A stretch of DNA of 34,917 nt. Origin: Saprolegnia diclina VS20 (Eukaryota). Position numbers and translations under genes: made by a program. The first letter of the stretch is position 1; every line of letters starts with the position of its first letter. The notes below the pieces were generated by a model. The model saw nothing but the letters and a program-made list of their open reading frames with translations, had not been told where the DNA came from and did not search any database. Where the stretch lies: positions 37,807 to 72,723 of the forward strand of contig NW_008246111.1 in the NCBI RefSeq assembly GCF_000281045.1, in the 5' to 3' direction. Shown here piece by piece: positions 20,851 through 31,383 of this stretch.

Positions 20851-22987
20851 ATGACGTCGCCAGACCGCGGTGTCCGCCTCTCGTACTTGCGCCACTTTAT
20901 CAACGAGCATGGCGGCGAGTCCCGCTTTGTTGGCAAGACCACGGCCCAAGTTTGCTTTGAGTTTGTCGTGCCATTGACCAAACCNNNNNNNNNNNNNNNN
21001 NNNNNNNNNNNNNNNNNNNNNNNNNNNNNNNNNNNNNNNNNNNNNNNNNNNNNNNNNNNNNNNNNNNNNNNNNNNNNNNNNNNNNNNNNNNNNNNNNNNN
21101 NNNNNNNNNNNNNNNNNNNNNNNNNNNNNNNNNNNNNNNNNNNNNNNNNNNNNNNNNNNNNNNNNNNNNNNNNNNNNNNNNNNNNNNNNNNNNNNNNNNN
21201 NNNNNNNNNNNNNNNNNNNNNNNNNNNNNNNNNNNNNNNNNNNNNNNNNNNNNNNNNNNNNNNNNNNNNNNNNNNNNNNNNNNNNNNNNNNNNNNNNNNN
21301 NNNNNNNNNNNNNNNNNNNNNNNNNNNNNNNNNNNNNNNNNNNNNNNNNNNNNNNNNNNNNNNNNNNNNNNNNNNNNNNNNNNNNNNNNNNNNNNNNNNN
21401 NNNNNNNNNNNNNNNNNNNNNNNNNNNNNNNNNNNNNNNNNNNNNNNNNNNNNNNNNNNNNNNNNNNNNNNNNNNNNNNNNNNNNNNNNNNNNNNNNNNN
21501 NNNNNNNNNNNNNNNNNNNNNNNNNNNNNNNNNNNNNNNNNNNNNNNNNNNNNNNNNNNNNNNNNNNNNNNNNNNNNNNNNNNNNNNNNNNNNNNNNNNN
21601 NNNNNNNNNNNNNNNNNNNNNNNNNNNNNNNNNNNNNNNNNNNNNNNNNNNNNNNNNNNNNNNNNNNNNNNNNNNNNNNNNNNNNNNNNNNNNNNNNNNN
21701 NNNNNNGTCGCCTTGTTCACGCAAGCCAACGGGCCCAACGATCTCGAGACGCTCAAGACGCAGTCGGCGCTTGCAAGCTGCGTTGCGTTTCTACGTAAAC
21801 CACAGCACAAGTGGGAGCCGCTCTTCCTCTCGAAGATGTCGGCACTGGTCGAGCAGCTCGGCGCAATGCACGAGACAACGCTAGTCGCTCGCTTGCGCCT
21901 CACGGTCGCACTTTCCTGGAACGGCAATCACCACGGTGCGCTCAACCTGGGTCTCGAGACGCTGGACCTCCAGCGCGCCAAGTATGGCCTCCGTCATTGG
22001 CGCACGGCCGGCACTTTGTGTGCGATCGGTGGTGCGTACAACCAACTCTACATGTTCCGTGTCGGGGCCCGGTACCTCCGACGCGCCCTTCTCGTTCAAG
22101 AAGCAACCTTGGGGCACGACCATGCATCAACGCGAACGTCGGCGTCGCGGCTCGTGAATGCCCTTTTGAACACGGGGGACGCCGTGCGCGCGCTGCCGAT
22201 GGCAGAGCGCCTCGTTGCGGGCAGCGAGCGCATCCTTGGCCCGCTCCACGACGCCGCTATTCTTGACAAGATCACGCTCGGGGGCGCGCTTCTTATGGCG
22301 GGACAAGCCAACGAAGCGCTGTCACTCTGGACTGCGACGGATGCGATTCTGGAAGGCCGACCCGAGCTGACCGCTCGCCGGCCCATGGGTACGTGTTGGT
22401 GGTGGCCTCGTGAATTGATCGTATATCTAGTGCTCGGTTTGATGGCGACGGCATTTTGGTCCCAGAACCAGTACGAGAAGGCCACCAACTACTTTATCCG
22501 GGCACTAAACCTCTCGCCCACGAAAAAGAGAAACGCGTGGTACTTCTTCTTGATGGCGTCGACGCGTCCATCCCACGCCGATGACCTTGCGCGCGCACGA
22601 AGTTATATCGAGTCCGTCGATGATCCAACGCCCGAGACGTGGCCAGAGAGCTGCCTTTCGTGCGGCAGGGTCATTGCCGGCTGTGTCGTCATGTGCACGG
22701 GGTGCCCCGGCGGCATCTCATTTTTTTGCACAAAGTGCCTCGCGCGCAACGTCGCCTGCCTCCGAAAGCACTGCAAGCACGACCCGTTGATGACCAAGTT
22801 CTCGACGATGCCGCCTCCGCGCCGATTCTTCCTGGAAAAAGACTTGCTCGACGCCTCGTACGAACACATCGAGACGCTGTGGACCGACTACGACGCCTAC
22901 TGCACGATGCACAGCGTCCCGTTGCACGAGCGCCTACCACGGACATCGGTGCCTCTTTTGAACCGTTGTTGGCACCCGATGTTTTAG
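20851..22987 (+). CDS. HET/TIR-like N-terminus, TPR-like repeats and ZZ-like zinc finger, paralog 2 (internal gap)
   Basis: ATG 20851 MTSPDRGVRLSYLRHFINEHGGESRFVGKTTAQVCFEFVVPLTK, then the gap, then TPR-like units colinear with paralogs 1 and 3. Intron 22389-22430, same Cys/His spacing, ends NRCWHPMF. Confidence 0.82.
20985..21706. other. Assembly gap (722 N)
   Basis: Run of N inside paralog 2. Confidence 1.
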
Positions 22988-23187
22988 TCCATTTAACTAT
23001 AAAGATTGTTGATGGCATCTTTTCATTTCAGTGTCGATCAAATGTTGTTGCGCGCTCAGCCCAAGGATCGCTCTTACTACGCAAGGATTGGCTGTTCTGC
23101 AATGGCCCTGCGATGTGATTGGACATTGAAACGCGGTGCGACAAGACATGGCATACAAAGATAGAATGAAGCGACTTGAAACACACT

Positions 23188-23631
23188 NNNNNNNNNNNNN
23201 NNNNNNNNNNNNNNNNNNNNNNNNNNNNNNNNNNNNNNNNNNNNNNNNNNNNNNNNNNNNNNNNNNNNNNNNNNNNNNNNNNNNNNNNNNNNNNNNNNNN
23301 NNNNNNNNNNNNNNNNNNNNNNNNNNNNNNNNNNNNNNNNNNNNNNNNNNNNNNNNNNNNNNNNNNNNNNNNNNNNNNNNNNNNNNNNNNNNNNNNNNNN
23401 NNNNNNNNNNNNNNNNNNNNNNNNNNNNNNNNNNNNNNNNNNNNNNNNNNNNNNNNNNNNNNNNNNNNNNNNNNNNNNNNNNNNNNNNNNNNNNNNNNNN
23501 NNNNNNNNNNNNNNNNNNNNNNNNNNNNNNNNNNNNNNNNNNNNNNNNNNNNNNNNNNNNNNNNNNNNNNNNNNNNNNNNNNNNNNNNNNNNNNNNNNNN
23601 NNNNNNNNNNNNNNNNNNNNNNNNNNNNNNN
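23188..23631. other. Assembly gap (444 N)
   Basis: Run of N hiding the 5' part of paralog 3. Confidence 1.
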
Positions 23632-25423
23632 TGGTCGACGACGTTCAAGGACAGCTTGGCCACGATCGGCAACATGGTCATGATCATGCACCCGTGGAAC
23701 GACCCGATCGTGCTTCGTCGAAGCTGGTGCGTCTTTGAGGTCTACGTCGCAGTGACAATGGGCGCGCGCTTTGAGATTGCACTGGCGCAAGACCAAGAAG
23801 CCACGTTTCTCGCTGACATGGCTGAAGACGGCGCCTTTCTCCAGATGCTGGCGACCATCAAGAGCGAAAACTCAGAAGCGACAATTGCCGGGGACCGCGA
23901 CGGTATCTTTGCGTTGATTCGCGCCGAGACGTCATTCGTAGCCGTCGACCGGCTCATCTTCTCTACGCTGTCTACATGGATCAAGACAACCTTGGAAGCA
24001 TCGATCGCGTCGGCGCCAACGCCAGCCGAGAAGGCGGCGCGCTGGTTGCAGCTTGGTCTCATCTACACCCGCGAGACTAAGGACGCCGAGAGCGAGCGCT
24101 GCTGTCGCCACGCGGTCGACTTGTTTACGCAATCGCGCGGCCCGGACGCACCTGAGACGCTTGCTGCCGCGTCGCATTTGGCCTATGCAATCGCGTACCA
24201 GCGCAAGCCGCGCGACGAGTGGGAGCCGGCCTTTACCGCATCGCTCGCGTCGCTCGAGCGCCAACTCGGTGCCGCCGACTGCCGGTCGCTGCGGTCGCGC
24301 GCCGACTTTGCCGCGTCGCTGGCTTGGAACGGAGACTTTACCGCGTCCCTCGACATGAGCATGACGCTGCTGGACCTCCAGCGACACTCGTTTGGCCTCG
24401 GCGACTGGCGCACGGCCAGCACGTTGAGCATGATTGGCATCAACCACTTCCAACTCGGCGCCCGGCGCGTCGCGGCTCGCTGGCTCGCAAAGGCACTGCC
24501 AATTCAAGAAGCGCATTTTGGCAAGGACCATACGTCGACGACACTCACGATTTCGTTCCTGGCGGGCGCGTTCATGTTTCTCGGGGAGCTGCAGCGGGCG
24601 CTGCCGCTGGCTCAGCACCTTGTCGAGACCAGCGAACGGACGCGGGGCCCGGACAACAGCGGCACGATGGTCGACAAGATGAACCTCGCAATGGTCACGC
24701 TCATGGCCGGGCATCTGCACGAAGCAACGACGCAGCTCGAGGCGCTTGAAGATGCACTTGTGAGCCGCTCTGACCTCTCGCACCATCATCGAGAAGGTAC
24801 ATACCTGTGCTTTTTGCCTTCATGATGCTGATATGAAATGGTGGTGACTAGTGTTAAAACACTTGGCCGTCGCGTATTGGGCTGCCGGCAAGTATGACGT
24901 CGCCGCGTCATGCTACCGCCGCATTTTCGAGGCGACGCCCGATAAGGAGAGCGCGTGGCTGCTCGTCGGCTTCCTTCTCGACGCACCACCGACGACCGCG
25001 CAGCGCGACGAGAGCTTGGCGCGCGTACGCCAGTACATGATGACGAGCCACGATGACGCGCCCGAGTCGTGGCCCATGAGCTGCACGGTGTGCTGCCAGC
25101 CGGTGCACGGCCGCCTCGCCAAGTGCGATAGTTGTCCAAAGGCACTGTTTGTGTTTTGTGCGTCGTGCCTTCAGCGGCACCCGCGCCGCGCTTTGAAATT
25201 CTGCGCCCACGACCATGCGACGACCGCGTATGCGACGATGACGCCGCCGCGTCGCTTCTTTTTTGAAGCGGACCTCGTCTCATTGGATGTTTCCTTTGAC
25301 GAGATCGACGGGATCTTTTGTGCGTACGAGACGTACTGCGACGCGCACAGCGTGCCACGTCATGAGCGGTTGCCGCGGTCGTCGGTGCCCATCTTGAGCC
25401 GTGCGTGGCACCCGATGCTGTAG
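23632..25423 (+). CDS. HET/TIR-like N-terminus, TPR-like repeats and ZZ-like zinc finger, paralog 3 (5' end in gap)
   Basis: WSTTFKDSLATIGNMVMIMHPWNDPIVLRRSWCVFEVYVAV...SEATIAGDRDGIFALI, then TPR-like units, intron 24797-24851, CTVC-x10-CDSC-x7-CASC-x11-CAH, ends SRAWHPML. Confidence 0.85.
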
Positions 25424-27343
25424 CTTGGTATGTATTGCTGTGAATGGAACCAAGACGTACAATAAAAATTGTACTAAAGTTTCTAGAAATGCGTTTGTCT
25501 ATCATTCCGCAACATGTACGGCCTTGGTCGCACCGCGGCGCAAGCGGGTGTCCTCTCGACTGTGGACGGTGAAACTCGTGCGACCAAGGTCCTTCTTTCG
25601 CCATGCATCCCTTCTCTTCTAAACATTGACTCTACAAGTAAGAGCTTGTCATGGTGATCGCAACAGTCTCGTGTAGCATGCTGCGGGCGACGTCGGTGAC
25701 AACCCACGTCGCATCCACACGATAGGTACAATAACATTCCGAGTAGCGAGCAGACCTTGATCACCGGTGCTAATACTCTAGCGTACTAGTATACAAGCGC
25801 ACAAGAGACTCGTGTCCTTGGCGCTCTATACTACCTGGTAGGACTGCAGTGGGTCGCACCCGCAGTGTTGACGGTGGCGCCGTAACGGTAGAAAGTTCAT
25901 TGCATTCGAGCCCGGTGTCTATGCGCGGTGAGGCATATACATGTATTCGATCTACCGAGACGAACGAACGCCGACAGCAACAACCTCGAGCGCAGGTGCA
26001 AGGCAGGGTGCCAGGCGTGCCGACGATGATCTCGAGCCTGCGACATGTCCACGTATCCGGACAATAACCGGATTCTAACGCAAGTGCACTTCGAAACCGG
26101 TCGATGAGGCAGCGGCCACGGCAACGTCGGCGCTGCAGGAGCTGCCCGAGCGCCGGGCCGCATTCGAAGCGCGCGCGGCATCTCGCTGCGCTTGAGTCAA
26201 ATGCTATCAACCGTGAGCACCTCACGTACGACGATGCCCTGCTGGCACGCGGCGGCCAGCTCGAGTACGTACCGCGACCGCTGGCAGCGCCACGCCAACA
26301 TACTGCGCGCTGCAAACCTCTCGCTCGAGGTCGCGTCAGATGCGATGTCTGCTCGAGCTGCCAACGAGCCGAGCTTGCAACCGTCGGCGGTCACTTGCGG
26401 CGCGCGCCCAAGGTGCACGGCGAGCTTGGCTCATACCTCGTTCGGCAAGGCGTCGGCGCGGCGCTCGTGCGCGTTTAGCACACGGTACCACACTACTTTG
26501 GCGCCATATCTGTCTTACAATGAGTTAGATGCCTGCATCAAACCAGGTTTCGACCTACCTATGGACTCGTCCTCGACGACGTGGCGAGCGAGCGTGACTC
26601 GAGCAAGAAGCACGTGCGCATACTCGTTGTGGACCAGATTTGGCCAGCTTTCTCGAGGCAGTAGACGCCTTTAACGCTGACGTCGCGGTCGGTCAGGCAC
26701 GCGACAGACGGCGCCGACTTCTGCAATCTACCGTCGTCGACGCAGGCATCCACTGTCACCACTCGCGCGTGATCTTGCTGGCGCGTCTGTTGCCCGAAAC
26801 GAAAAGCCGAGGTGGCTACGTTATTCCCGCGTCTCCTTGTGCTCCCATCACCCGCATGTTGTACACATCGCTCTAATGAACGCCTTTGCGTTCAGTGGCA
26901 GTCGGTGCTCGTTGCGCTCCACGCGTCCTGCGCCGTGTGGTGGCTTCTGTACGACAAACAGCGCGCGCTCGCGCTAGTTCAAACCAATGCCGAGTGGTCT
27001 ACCAAGCTACGCGACGTAGCTACGAGCGCCGCGACGCACACCGCGTCGTCGAGTACCAACTGCGCAACATTGTGCAGCTCTTGGACGGTGTGGACGTCGG
27101 CTTGGTATCGTCCTTATAGAAGATGGCGTACTATTTGGTTTTGAGTCGTTGTCGCGGAGTAGAGGAGACGGAGGCGATGCTGTAGTGCTGTTCCTTAGAG
27201 CAAATCCTCCTGGGCGTCGATGACACTTCACTTGTTTGAAGTGAAGTCACTCATACTTCACACGGTGATAGAAGATACCTTGGAGAGCAGAGGCGACTAC
27301 GCTACCGCTGCAGTCGTACAACGCGCGCCATAGCTGACCACAG

Positions 27344-27634
27344 TCAAACGCAGTTTAGAACATTCAAGGCCATCGCGAGGCAGGACAGCGACTTGGCACT
27401 CGACGTGGACGCTTGCTCAATGCGCAGCAGTAGGATGCGCAGCTTCTCTTGGTCGTCCGGAAGCTCGTCGTCGCACACGTCGCAGATCGTGGCCGTCATA
27501 CTGTGAAGTGTGGCGCAGGAGACGCAGACAAGACCGTCGTCGATCTCAAATCCATTCTTCTTGGCGACCGCAAGCCGCTTGAGAAGGACTTCGAGCTTGG
27601 ATGCAACGGGCGCTAACGCCGACGTCGACGACAA
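27344..27634 (-). pseudogene. Orphan 5'-truncated copy of the kinase C-terminal Zn-ribbon/helix module
   Basis: SKLEVLLKRLAVAKKNGFEIDDGLVCVSCATLHSMTATICDVCDDELPDDQEKLRILLLRIE aligns by eye with 31384-31695 and 10471-10779. The first Cys cluster is missing, there is an in-frame TGA shortly upstream, and no kinase exon lies nearby. Confidence 0.65.
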
Positions 27635-28126
27635 GAATTCAATTCCCCATCAAGTCCGCGAGGGCAAGTTGCGTCCGAAATTGAACGACAACTGCGAGCC
27701 GTGGCTCAAGACGCTTGCACTCCATGACCTAGAGCCGCATCAAGGTGGTAAAGGCGGCGGCGCCCGCCAGCGCGAGGGCGTTTGTAGCGAAACGCGTAGC
27801 GCCCGAGAAGCCCGGCAGCGGCTGCCGTGAGCGCGAGCGTCGCGAGGTACCTCAGCAGCGGCTTCTCGGTTCAATACCGCTTTCCGCGTGTCGCGTTGAG
27901 CCATGTGTCGTAGGCCGTGATGGTGCGGTTGACCGACCTCTCAGTGTGCGAGACGCTTGGTAGTGCTGCTCGGTTCTTTTCAAGGGAATGACTGAGGTCG
28001 TGCTGCTCGGTTGGTGTCCTTTTAGTCTTGAACAGCGTTTTGGCCACGTCGCCCAGTGTACACAATGGATCGAAGAATACACGGGAAACACCACAGCAAA
28101 GGCAGTCTATCGATTAGCGTTTCAAC

Positions 28127-29122
28127 TCAATGTGCCGACGCATCTTGCGAGCCTCGGGTAGCTTGCGTGGATGCTAAGCGTGCGATGGTGAGCCCGAGGA
28201 GAGCCCCCGAGAGCATGTTAGGGATTTCGTATCCGGTCATTGCACGAACGACATCGTTGACAAGTCCATGACAAGGCATCGCTACAGCGACCAAAACGAC
28301 GCTGTAAAGGGCAACGGACAGGAGCTTGACCATGCGGCGTCGCCCCGGAACAGCGAGCATATAGAGTCCACCGACGTCGCGAAGCAGCATGACCACGGGC
28401 GTCGCTGGCATGGCGGCGAACGCAAACTCGACGAAGAGTATCAACGCCAGCAGCGCCCACCCAAACTTTTGCAACCACGAGAGGAGGCACGCCAGACCGA
28501 GCGCGTAGATGACCGAGAGCCACGCGCTGAGCACGGCCGTGAGAGAGACAAAGACAAACACGCTCTTGATCCACGGGGCGAATCGACCGTTGCAGCAGTA
28601 GACGCCGACGCTGCCGAGTGCAAAGGCGACGAGAAGAACTCTCATGTCGAGTCCTATGGCGTCCGCAACGACGTCGAGAAGAGTCGTGGCGCTGGTGTGT
28701 AGACCGTCAAGGCAGTACGTGGAGAAGGCGCGAAGACCCGCAGCTAACGGAAGCAGGAGCACATGCGTCAAGTGGGCTTCTGAGCGTGCGAGGACCGCGA
28801 CGAGACTGATAGCGGCGAGGACGGCAAGAGGTGCGAACGGGTCGCTTCCCGTGATAAAGCAGAGGACGCCGAGCACGATGATGTACACAACATAAGCAAG
28901 CACAGCGCGTTGCAAGCGAAGAGCTATGTAGGTGGCGAAGATGGCCATGACGGCAGCGACAAGCAGCGCGATCGAATGGGCGAGAGGGTCCTTGTCCCGA
29001 TCGTCCAAGAGCTTGGCCTGTGCTCCGTCGAGGAGTATGGCGTAGGCGTGGCGGGTCAAGTTCATGGAGCGACCAGCGTCCGAGAGAAGCACGAGGCCGT
29101 TGGCATCCATCCACGTCGCCAT
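28127..29122 (-). CDS. Hypothetical multi-pass membrane protein, 331 aa, intronless
   Basis: ATG-initiated ORF made almost entirely of hydrophobic segments. An Inr/FPR-like ACATTGCCTGATTTTAC lies just upstream on the minus strand (about 29140-29156). No family recognised. Confidence 0.6.
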   Translation of the reverse strand: MATWMDANGLVLLSDAGRSMNLTRHAYAILLDGAQAKLLDDRDKDPLAHSIALLVAAVMAIFATYIALRLQRAVLAYVVYIIVLGVLCFITGSDPFAPLAVLAAISLVAVLARSEAHLTHVLLLPLAAGLRAFSTYCLDGLHTSATTLLDVVADAIGLDMRVLLVAFALGSVGVYCCNGRFAPWIKSVFVFVSLTAVLSAWLSVIYALGLACLLSWLQKFGWALLALILFVEFAFAAMPATPVVMLLRDVGGLYMLAVPGRRRMVKLLSVALYSVVLVAVAMPCHGLVNDVVRAMTGYEIPNMLSGALLGLTIARLASTQATRGSQDASAH

Positions 29123-29780
29123 CGCGGTGAAGCGTAGCGGTAAAATCAGGCAATGTCTGGGCTGTCGACGACGACCCGGTCAATTTTCATGTTGCTACAA
29201 CCCGCCGGCAACAGCCCATTGGCTCGTTCATGGAATAAGGGCAAACTCATTCGCCGCTTTTGATTCGCCAAAAGTCAACAAAATGAGCAGTACCAAGGGA
29301 ACATACATATTGTTATTGCCCTTATTCCTTGTCAAGGTGTCCTTTGTCCGGTACGCGCGCCCGAGCCGAGCCATTGCACCACGAATAAAGAAGCTTGACG
29401 CGTTGCTCGGCGATCACTTCAATGCTAAGTGCTTGTCAGCAGACGCTATCCTCGTCGACGGTGTAGTCGGCCTTCTGCATCGCACGCGTTGATTGCCAAT
29501 GGCTCTACCTCGGGTCGATGGGAGAACGCTGTGCCGGAAGCTCGACCACGACGACCACGTCTTCTTGACGCCCAAGAAATCGGCTAAGGCCTTGCACTCG
29601 TTGGCCACGCCGGCGACAAGACCCACGTTCACACACTCGCCGCCACAGCCGAGCGTCTGGCTATCGCAGCGGATCCAGGCGATCAGCAGCCTCGTCCTCC
29701 TCCTAATGAACGCAACCATTCTGCAAGCGCGCGGCGGCCGCCTGTCCTGCGTGGCCCAGTAAGAATTGCATCTAATTGCC

Positions 29781-29892
29781 CGAGCACATGCCACGAGGAC
29801 GTCAATGACCAAGCGCATCGATGGCCAAGCGGCCTGACACCAAGCGCTGTCGACGTAGCATCCAGCGGCAGGACGAGGTTTGGCTTGCGCCG
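29781..29892 (+). repeat. 112-bp dispersed direct repeat, copy 1
   Basis: Matches 32845-32956 with one visible mismatch (gacgagg vs gacgtgg). Confidence 0.95.
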
Positions 29893-30117
29893 CTCCAGGC
29901 GCGACGTCGACGCTCCTACAGGCCACGACCATGGACCTGCTACGCAACCTGTAAGTACGCCATGTATCCTTGACAGGCGGCGTGGTTGATGATCGTCCAT
30001 CAGCGACACACAGCGACCGCACGGTGGTAGGAGGATCCTGCCTGCTGGGCACGAGGACCTTGCTTGCTCGGTCGCCTGCCATCTTCGTCGTCTCCTTCGT
30101 CTTCTGGACGACGTCGA

Positions 30118-30160
30118 CCATCGCATGGCCGACCGCGGCCATCGCATGGCCGACCCGCGG
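30118..30160. repeat. Short tandem duplication (21 + 22 bp)
   Basis: ccatcgcatggccgaccgcgg followed by ccatcgcatggccgacccgcgg. Confidence 0.85.
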
Positions 30161-31383
30161 CCATTAGCGTACTTCGTCTTGTCTTGGCGGCGCTGGCATC
30201 CCGTCACCTCGCATCTGCCAGCGATCCAATGGTATCCGTATACAATTCTATCCGGATACATTCGGGCAAAGCGGCGGTGGCCAGGACGACAGCAACCTGC
30301 GGGTAGCTGGTCCAGCACAGCCAGCACGATGCGACCGACGTGACAGACCGACGTGACCTCGAATGCGCCTGTCTCGGCCAGCGCCATGGCTGGCGCGCTT
30401 CTCGGCGTCGGCTCGCATGGCCTGTCGTCGCGCCACGTCTCGGACTGGCGGCTCGTCGCCGCGCATTTGGCACCGACGCCACCGTGGCAATGTCGCATGG
30501 GACGTGATACAGCTTTCGGCAAGTGCGTAGTACGTGGCAGAAGAAGAGAGCGCGCTGCGATATGGCGGCTGATGCCCATGTTGGGTTTCTCGTTGCTTGG
30601 GCCATCGCATGCGCGAGGACGCAGTCCCAGGCAGAGCTCTCCTGGACGACATGTATCTTGCGCTCAACGAGATCGCTCTCTTGCATCATGCCACGTTTTC
30701 GTGTGTCATTCCAGAACAGCTCTAAGAAACCATTGCGTACGAGACTCCAAGCGTCTGGGGAATATTCGTAGTACAGAGCTACACTGTCGCCGGCAGAGGT
30801 GCACAGATGCAACAGCACATCGTCGCTTGATCCTTGTGTCGTCCGAGCTTGTCCCTCGCTCGCGCTTCCGCCCACCATGAACTCGAGTGGTGTGTCAATC
30901 GAGCAAGTACATGAACGATAACGCAGAAACGTCCGATATATCCTGCTTCAACTGTTACCAGCACGCAGCGTAAGCATTTCATCTAGTATCGAACGATGGT
31001 CCCCGTCGTGAGCCTGTTGAACCAGCGTGCTTGCCTCTCGCGATCAACGACGAGCGCTAGGTCTAGGGTAGGTTTAGGGTTTATCTTTCGGGGACGGTGC
31101 AGCGTCCCACGCACAATGTTGTCGAATATTTTCACGCACGTACGCGATAAGCTGCCTATAATGCGCTTACAGATAGTAACTGCAGTGTTGATTAACGCGA
31201 CTAAAGTCCGAGTGTTATCTATTTTATGCAAAAAGAACGCACGGCGACAGTAGTCGAGATAGGACGCTCGGGTACCATAGCATCTCCTTTTGCTACCGAG
31301 AATGTGTCCACAGGTTGAACGCAATTTTTATCGAGTTATGAGAATGCGATGGTGTTATACACATTGTAGTCGAGCTCGAAGAA

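Noticed and set aside
18956..25423. Calling the TPR paralogs kinesin light chains or classical NLRs
   Set aside because: They lack the kinesin light chain heptad region, carry extra N- and C-terminal domains, and show no P-loop NACHT/NB-ARC motif in the visible sequence.
27730..27850. Hydrophobic minus-strand peptide fragments downstream of the membrane ORF
   Set aside because: Short, split across frames and without a start; not supportable as a gene.
29400..30900. Overlapping 140-300 aa ORFs on both strands, possibly a decayed gene or mobile element
   Set aside because: No transposase, reverse transcriptase or other domain motif, and no terminal repeats recognised; only the short duplications are supportable.
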